A DNA stretch of 15,596 bases from Tubiluchus corallicola (lineage: Eukaryota > Animalia > Priapulida). The stretch spans positions 1-15,596 of the forward strand of contig JAQGDQ010002081.1 of the NCBI GenBank assembly GCA_030141605.1, given 5' to 3'. Position numbers and translations under genes: made by a program. This document shows, piece after piece, positions 10,935 through 15,596 of the stretch. Numbering within the stretch: the first letter of the stretch is position 1; the number at the start of each line of letters is the position of its first letter. The notes below the pieces were generated by a model that saw only the letters and a program-made list of their open reading frames with translations, had not been told where the DNA came from and ran no database searches.

Positions 10935-11408
10935 TTATTTCCCGTTGGCTTTGTACGCCCTCCCAAATGGCCCTGTCCGGGCTTTTTGTGCAGTAGTCAG
11001 ATATCCATGGGATGCCCTGTTCCTATTCACTAATTTTCCTTGACTTCCGTGTTGGTTGAATCTTCCGCTGTTCAGTCCCGCAAAACCGGTGCCAAAAGAG
11101 GAACTACCATAACTGGAGCCGATGCCTGAATTCCCCCCAAAACCAGGTGTACCAAATGCACCGAAGCCAGTATTTCCAGAACTGTAACCGATATTTGACG
11201 TAGAACCATGCCGGGTCGAGGATCCAGTTCCATAGCCAGAGGTTCCACTACTGATTCCCAGGCGGCTCTTCAGCAAGTTGATATCCTGTCCCATGTGGTT
11301 CAGAACTTGTGTCATGTGTTCTGGGAATCCTCTATTGATGGCAGGATTTACACATGTTGTCTTTAAATCCTGGCTGGTGAGACACGTTGATGGATACATT
11401 GGCAGTAC
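10935..11408 (-). CDS. Terminal exon of the pentraxin-domain gene: helix, Gly/Ser/Phe/Tyr-rich region and basic tail
   Basis: Acceptor TTTTTTTCAAATTCAACTAG| ahead of 11408, phase 0 (VLPMYPSTC...). Open for 157 codons to TAA at 10937-10935, with markedly higher GC than the flanks. Confidence 0.85.
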   Translation of the reverse strand, partial: VLPMYPSTCLTSQDLKTTCVNPAINRGFPEHMTQVLNHMGQDINLLKSRLGISSGTSGYGTGSSTRHGSTSNIGYSSGNTGFGAFGTPGFGGNSGIGSSYGSSSFGTGFAGLNSGRFNQHGSQGKLVNRNRASHGYLTTAQKARTGPFGRAYKANGK

Positions 11409-13285
11409 CTAGTTGAATTTGAAAAAAACACAAGAATGATTAAGTTCACTTTATTTATTCTGAAAGTGTGAGCTAAATTAGTTTATTCAAGTTAATCAAA
11501 AGTAACATCATTTTCCCCAAGATCAGTAGTTAGCTCGGCCGCCAAAGGAAGAGTACTCAATAGTTATTAGCTTTCAGTAAGTTTATCGTGTACATACATA
11601 CTTTTTACTGGGCTTATAATAACAGTCAAAGGTCCTTCAAGAGGATTCAGATATTTCTAAAAGTAAATGTAGTTACGGAATTTAGTTTCTATTATGTCCA
11701 ATGATCCGCCATAAATTTGTGACATAACGTAATACTTAATTCCTATATAATTTAGTAATAGTAACTGGAAGACTTGTCCGAAATTCATTTTCAAGTGTTA
11801 CGACTAGTGCAGATGGGGCAGGCCTGACTAGATGTAAGGTAGTCACTGCAGATTCCTTGGCCGAGCAATAAGTTTACATAAAGTTTTACTTTAAAGAGGG
11901 ATCTGCAGACGAACTTCAGATAGTGGCTTCGCAGCAAGGGTAGTCTACGGGGGGCGCTACCACTTCAAGAGGGTGTTGGTTCTTGTGGGATTCTGTATTA
12001 ACACTTATCGGTTAATCTAATTAAATGCAACAGGACAAGATGCAACAATAATAATTATAGTATGCTGTAATCACGTTTAATGACAAAACATTAGGCACGA
12101 AAATCAAACCGACGAAATATGTCATTAAAGCACAATACATCAAAACAAAACATTGGCAAAAATATCAGAAAAACGCTATTGGGCAAAATTGAAAGCCAAA
12201 TAAAGTAATATCACCAAGAATAAACAGTGTTCATAACTAACATATTATAATGTCTTGGCAATATTTCTATTGGACATAACCTAAAAACTAGCCGTAGCAA
12301 ACGTTCGTCTAAGGGCTTATCTTAACTACCAGCCACCCCTGGGGAAATGCTAGCAAGTTAATGGATTAAAAGTAGTATTCAGGGCTGTGACGTCACGTGT
12401 AAATTAGCAGCATCCAGGAAACATTTCGTTGCTAAACTTCATGCATAATTTCAATGTCTGGCATGACTTCAACTCGAGTAGGATCACGTTCATATTGAAC
12501 ATTTATCAATTATGAAAACCATTAGTCCATCTGTACCCATGACACGCTGCATAGTAAGGCAAAGAATAAATCAACTTACAGATCGGGATCCCGTGAAATA
12601 GTCTGAAGCTCTAGACACCTCTTGCTGGCCTCAAATAAACAAGAGAACTGTTGTGTCTTTCTCGTCTATCGCTCAACCGGTAGTCCTCCAGCCACAAGTA
12701 CTATAACCATAACATCGGGTGCTTGGAAGTCCATTAACTGTCCAAAATCTTCACCCATCAACTATGACGGCAGCAATCAGAAGTAGTCAAATGGACAAAC
12801 ATTTTCGTTCGAAAGTTCAGCAAAACTGCCATTACGAAAAGTCTGACCTATGTAATGTTTTCAGGTCCAATACCAAAGCTCGACTGTTTTTTACCTTGTA
12901 CACCTGTATCGTGACGAGTTTTCTGGGTCACCTCTCCGCATTCACAAGTTGATCAGACGGCTTCATATCGCGCTCAAAATTGAATGCTCCAAACCAACCC
13001 GCAGAACGTAAATTCCTATATCTTGGGTTTAAAAGGCAACTGAACCATTTTCTAATACTTGTATTCAGGTTTAGTTGATAATATGACAATAGCTTGGTTA
13101 TCATATTAATAATTATTATTGATAACACCATCATTACACTATTTCTCATCAGACTTTCTGGGGGAAAATAATCAGTATGTTACATCAAGCAACACCGAAA
13201 TCAATGCTTTCAAGGAAAAAATAGGACTTGAAAAGTAATCAAGTCAAAGTAGGTATGAAAACTAATGAGAAAAGGTGAAACTCAC

Positions 13286-13366
13286 TCCTCCCTTTGGATC
13301 ATCTCTCGCATTTTCCCATTTCAGAAGATCTCCTGAATTAAGGCAACTTTTCGCGATAGAGCTAAC
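13286..13366 (-). CDS. Small internal exon completing the pentraxin domain (absent from the ORF track)
   Basis: Acceptor CTCTTTTAG| and donor GGA|GTGAGT; 81 nt, phase 0-0, open. VSSIAKSCLNSGDLLKWENARDDPKGG matches the pentraxin C-terminal pattern 'I..l..C...G(D/N)ll.W'. Confidence 0.82.
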
Positions 13367-13887
13367 CTAAAAGAGATTACAAAGTTATGCACAAAAATTG
13401 GACTTATAACTGACAATGCAAAATTTAAATTTCTCACTTTTCCCGAGACGTAATTCATCTTGATGCAGAATGTTTGATTAAGATGTACAATGAATCATCA
13501 GGCAACAAGGTATTAATACCATTGAGTTAATCTAATGTCCGCATCCTGACTAGTGACGCAACTAAATGTTTGTGACTTGCAAAAGTCGTCCGCCCTTCCA
13601 AACAATGTTGCATATACTCGGTGACTCATTTATACAATGACAATTCTATATTTTACGGACGGAAGACTACACCCTGCAAATGGTTAGCCATTTCTTATAA
13701 CAGCAAAATATCCATCATTCAAATGAAAGATTTTTTAACCATTCTCCTTAGCTCCTTGAATTTTTCAGTTCAAGTCTTAATGTGAAATTTAGAAACCAAA
13801 TTTGTCACAGTTACACTTTGTGTCACAAGACGTTCAAATACCAGAACTCGTACTATATTGCTGTCACATTGATAACATTTATCTTAC

Positions 13888-14067
13888 CTGACTAGAGGTT
13901 TTTACTGATCTGTACATATTGAAGTCAGACAACGTTCCGCCGAAATAATCAGTACCCAGGTTTATGGGAGACCCTATTGCACCAAAAACATCACCAGTTG
14001 CAAAGTCGTCTAGATTATCAACGGTCAAGTCTAAAGGATCAGTCAGACCAGCCGTGGTTTGCGTGTC
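13888..14067 (-). CDS. Internal exon of a pentraxin/LamG (ConA-like) domain protein
   Basis: Minus-strand acceptor TTTTATTCAG| and donor CAG|GTAAGA; 180 nt, phase 0-0. DTQTTAG...GAIGSPINLGTDYFGGTLSDFNMYRSVKTSSQ matches the F-x-G-x-L-S-x-F-N-M-W/Y strand of pentraxin/LamG3 domains. Confidence 0.82.
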
Positions 14068-14269
14068 CTGAATAAAATGATAATAATCACGAGAGAAGTT
14101 CAGTTTTTTCAAATTCACCTTCATATTACATAAAATATTGCTTTTTCACTAATAATTATTAAAGTAAATTAATTTTTATTTGAAAAAAGTGAACACTGTA
14201 AGAAGATACAGTGTTAACAACATAAAGACAAAGATAATTTTGCTCGCTCATTTAAGAGCGTCTTATTGA

Positions 14270-14485
14270 TAGCTGATGAAGACGGCAGTAATAATAATCA
14301 TAATAACGACCAGATGATTGCGAAGCATAAGAAAAACGGAGTAAGAAGAAGGTGATGTTGATGATGCAAAGGAAGAGGATGAAAATAAACATGATAAAAA
14401 AATAGGGACAGAGAAAGCAGCGACACTGATGATTATGATGATGACAAGGAACGATGACAGCAACGAAGATAATTGTAATGATGTA
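14270..14485. repeat. Degenerate trinucleotide low-complexity tract (AAT/GAT/GAA)
   Basis: Eroded runs TAATAATAAT, GATGATTATGATGATG and AAGAAGAAGG; this explains the ORFs called here. Confidence 0.6.
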
Positions 14486-15221
14486 TGCAGAATCAGACTT
14501 ATTCTGTGCAGAACCGAAGTTGCCGGTAAGATGTGTCATTACTACATTTTTTTAATATCTCGAGGAACATTAACTGTTTGCCACACGTCGGTCATTAACT
14601 TCTTGAAGTGAAGCTTCGGACTTGCTAGTAAAGAGACACAGGCCTGCTGATGAAGTACAGTCTATGGCGCCTCCCACTAACCTGCATTCTTACTATCCCA
14701 TCATTACCTTGGGAGTGGGGCTTACTTTGTGCACACCCTGTATATTTCTCACAAATTGTAATGCTGATTAGGAAACCGTTTTGTCAGTGTATTAAAGCTT
14801 TATTTTGCTATCATATAGCAAATTTCACTGCCATTTACATCCTTTAAATTTTATAATGCGAACGCAACTTTAATTTTAATACACCTAAAAAGTGTTGATT
14901 TCTTTATGGTAATCTAATACTGTTTTACGTTAATTTATATTTGGTGATTGGACATTGAGGTTATATCCAGTAATCACCAGGCTGCCTATTAACAATTAAT
15001 CAGGTAACGATCTCCGTAGAGTTTAAAAAATTTGCATATTTTGTTTGAAGTCCTTAAAATTCCATCATGTTAAACTAAGGCCTTAGTTGGCCTACAGAAT
15101 GGGGCTTCTCTAGGTAGGCACGTACCTATTGTGCCGATTGAATGATCCGACACGCAACGCCAGAGCTTGCGGCTAAACGTAATTTTGTTTCTGTGCATAT
15201 TATATCCTAGTAGTTTTGAAA

Positions 15222-15489
15222 AAGAATTAAACATAAGTCAGTTTATACAGGCACTCCACAATATTATTGAAGAAATAACTTTTATTAAAAACTTTAAAAC
15301 ACAAAATACCCAAATCATGACAAATATTTCGACCGCACAACCTAGCAGTCATCTTCAGTGTGATAGAGAGCTGTCTAGAGAAGTTTTCGTAGTCACTTTA
15401 GAGTTCTGTGTTTTAAAGTTTTTAATAAAAGTTGTTTCTCTTAGTAATACTGTGGAGTGCATATATAAACTGACTTAAGTTTGATTCTT
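15222..15489. mobile_element. Inverted-repeat element (~85-bp arms, 97-bp spacer), probably derived from a Penelope-like element
   Basis: 15222-15306 versus the reverse complement of 15404-15489 shows about 10 differences by hand alignment. The spacer holds a hammerhead core typical of PLE terminal repeats. Confidence 0.7.
15317..15364 (-). ncRNA. Minimal type I hammerhead ribozyme (Penelope-type), possibly degenerate
   Basis: The minus strand reads AUCACA-CUGAAGA-U-GACUGC-UAGGUUGU-GCGGUC-GAAA-UA-UU-UGUCAU. This gives the CUGANGA and GAAA boxes, a 6-bp stem II, a minimal palindromic stem III and a stem I with one C-C mismatch. Confidence 0.65.
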
Positions 15490-15494
15490 AACCT

Positions 15495-15536
15495 ATATAC
15501 ATTTACTATATATGTATGTATACATGACATTTTATT

Positions 15537-15591
<55 letters not shown>
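15495..15591. repeat. (TA)n microsatellite
   Basis: Near-pure TA run from ~15537 to 15591 with a degenerate TA-rich lead-in. Confidence 0.95.

Positions 15592-15596
<5 letters not shown>

Noticed and set aside
12387-12399. Overlapping CRE/E-box GTGACGTCACGTG
   Set aside because: An isolated intronic motif, common in repeat remnants.
12580-12834. Minus frame with five in-frame TGA codons and no other stop, suggesting a selenoprotein
   Set aside because: The peptide looks random, the frame is bounded by TAA, I saw no redox motif or SECIS, and it would interrupt the pentraxin splice path.
13147-14653. Other CTGATGA matches (13145-13151 minus, 14274, 14647) as hammerheads
   Set aside because: They lack a stem II followed by GAAA and a closing stem I.
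15073-15088. 16-bp perfect palindrome AACTAAGGCCTTAGTT
   Set aside because: Isolated, with no associated structure or second copy.
14100-15596. Further upstream exons of the minus-strand gene and the ORFs at 14252-15478
   Set aside because: I found no open phase-0 exon with credible splice sites and pentraxin-like sequence; the ORFs largely overlap low-complexity or repeat DNA and show no recognisable protein features.

Overview
AT-rich animal (invertebrate-looking) genomic DNA carrying two convergent spliced genes. On the + strand is a complete three-exon globin (633-838, 6649-6880, 7337-7486; 195 aa). It has the ancestral B12.2 and G7.0 introns, PheCD1/HisE7/HisF8 and an N-terminal MGCAPSC acylation signal, so it looks like a membrane-anchored globin X-like protein. 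On the - strand are the last three exons (14067-13888, 13366-13286, 11408-10935) of a gene encoding a divergent pentraxin/LamG-type domain, followed by a short amphipathic helix, a Gly/Ser/aromatic low-complexity region and a basic tail ending in -GK; I found no upstream exons in the window. Non-coding features are an NRF1/CRE/YY1-like motif cluster at the window start, a ~500-bp compound trinucleotide microsatellite, a 37-bp minisatellite, a hairpin/MITE-like element downstream of the globin, facing poly(A) signals between the genes, and a 268-bp inverted-repeat element enclosing a Penelope-type minimal hammerhead ribozyme. Most other ORFs in the supplied track appear spurious. All family assignments are by eye, without database searches.
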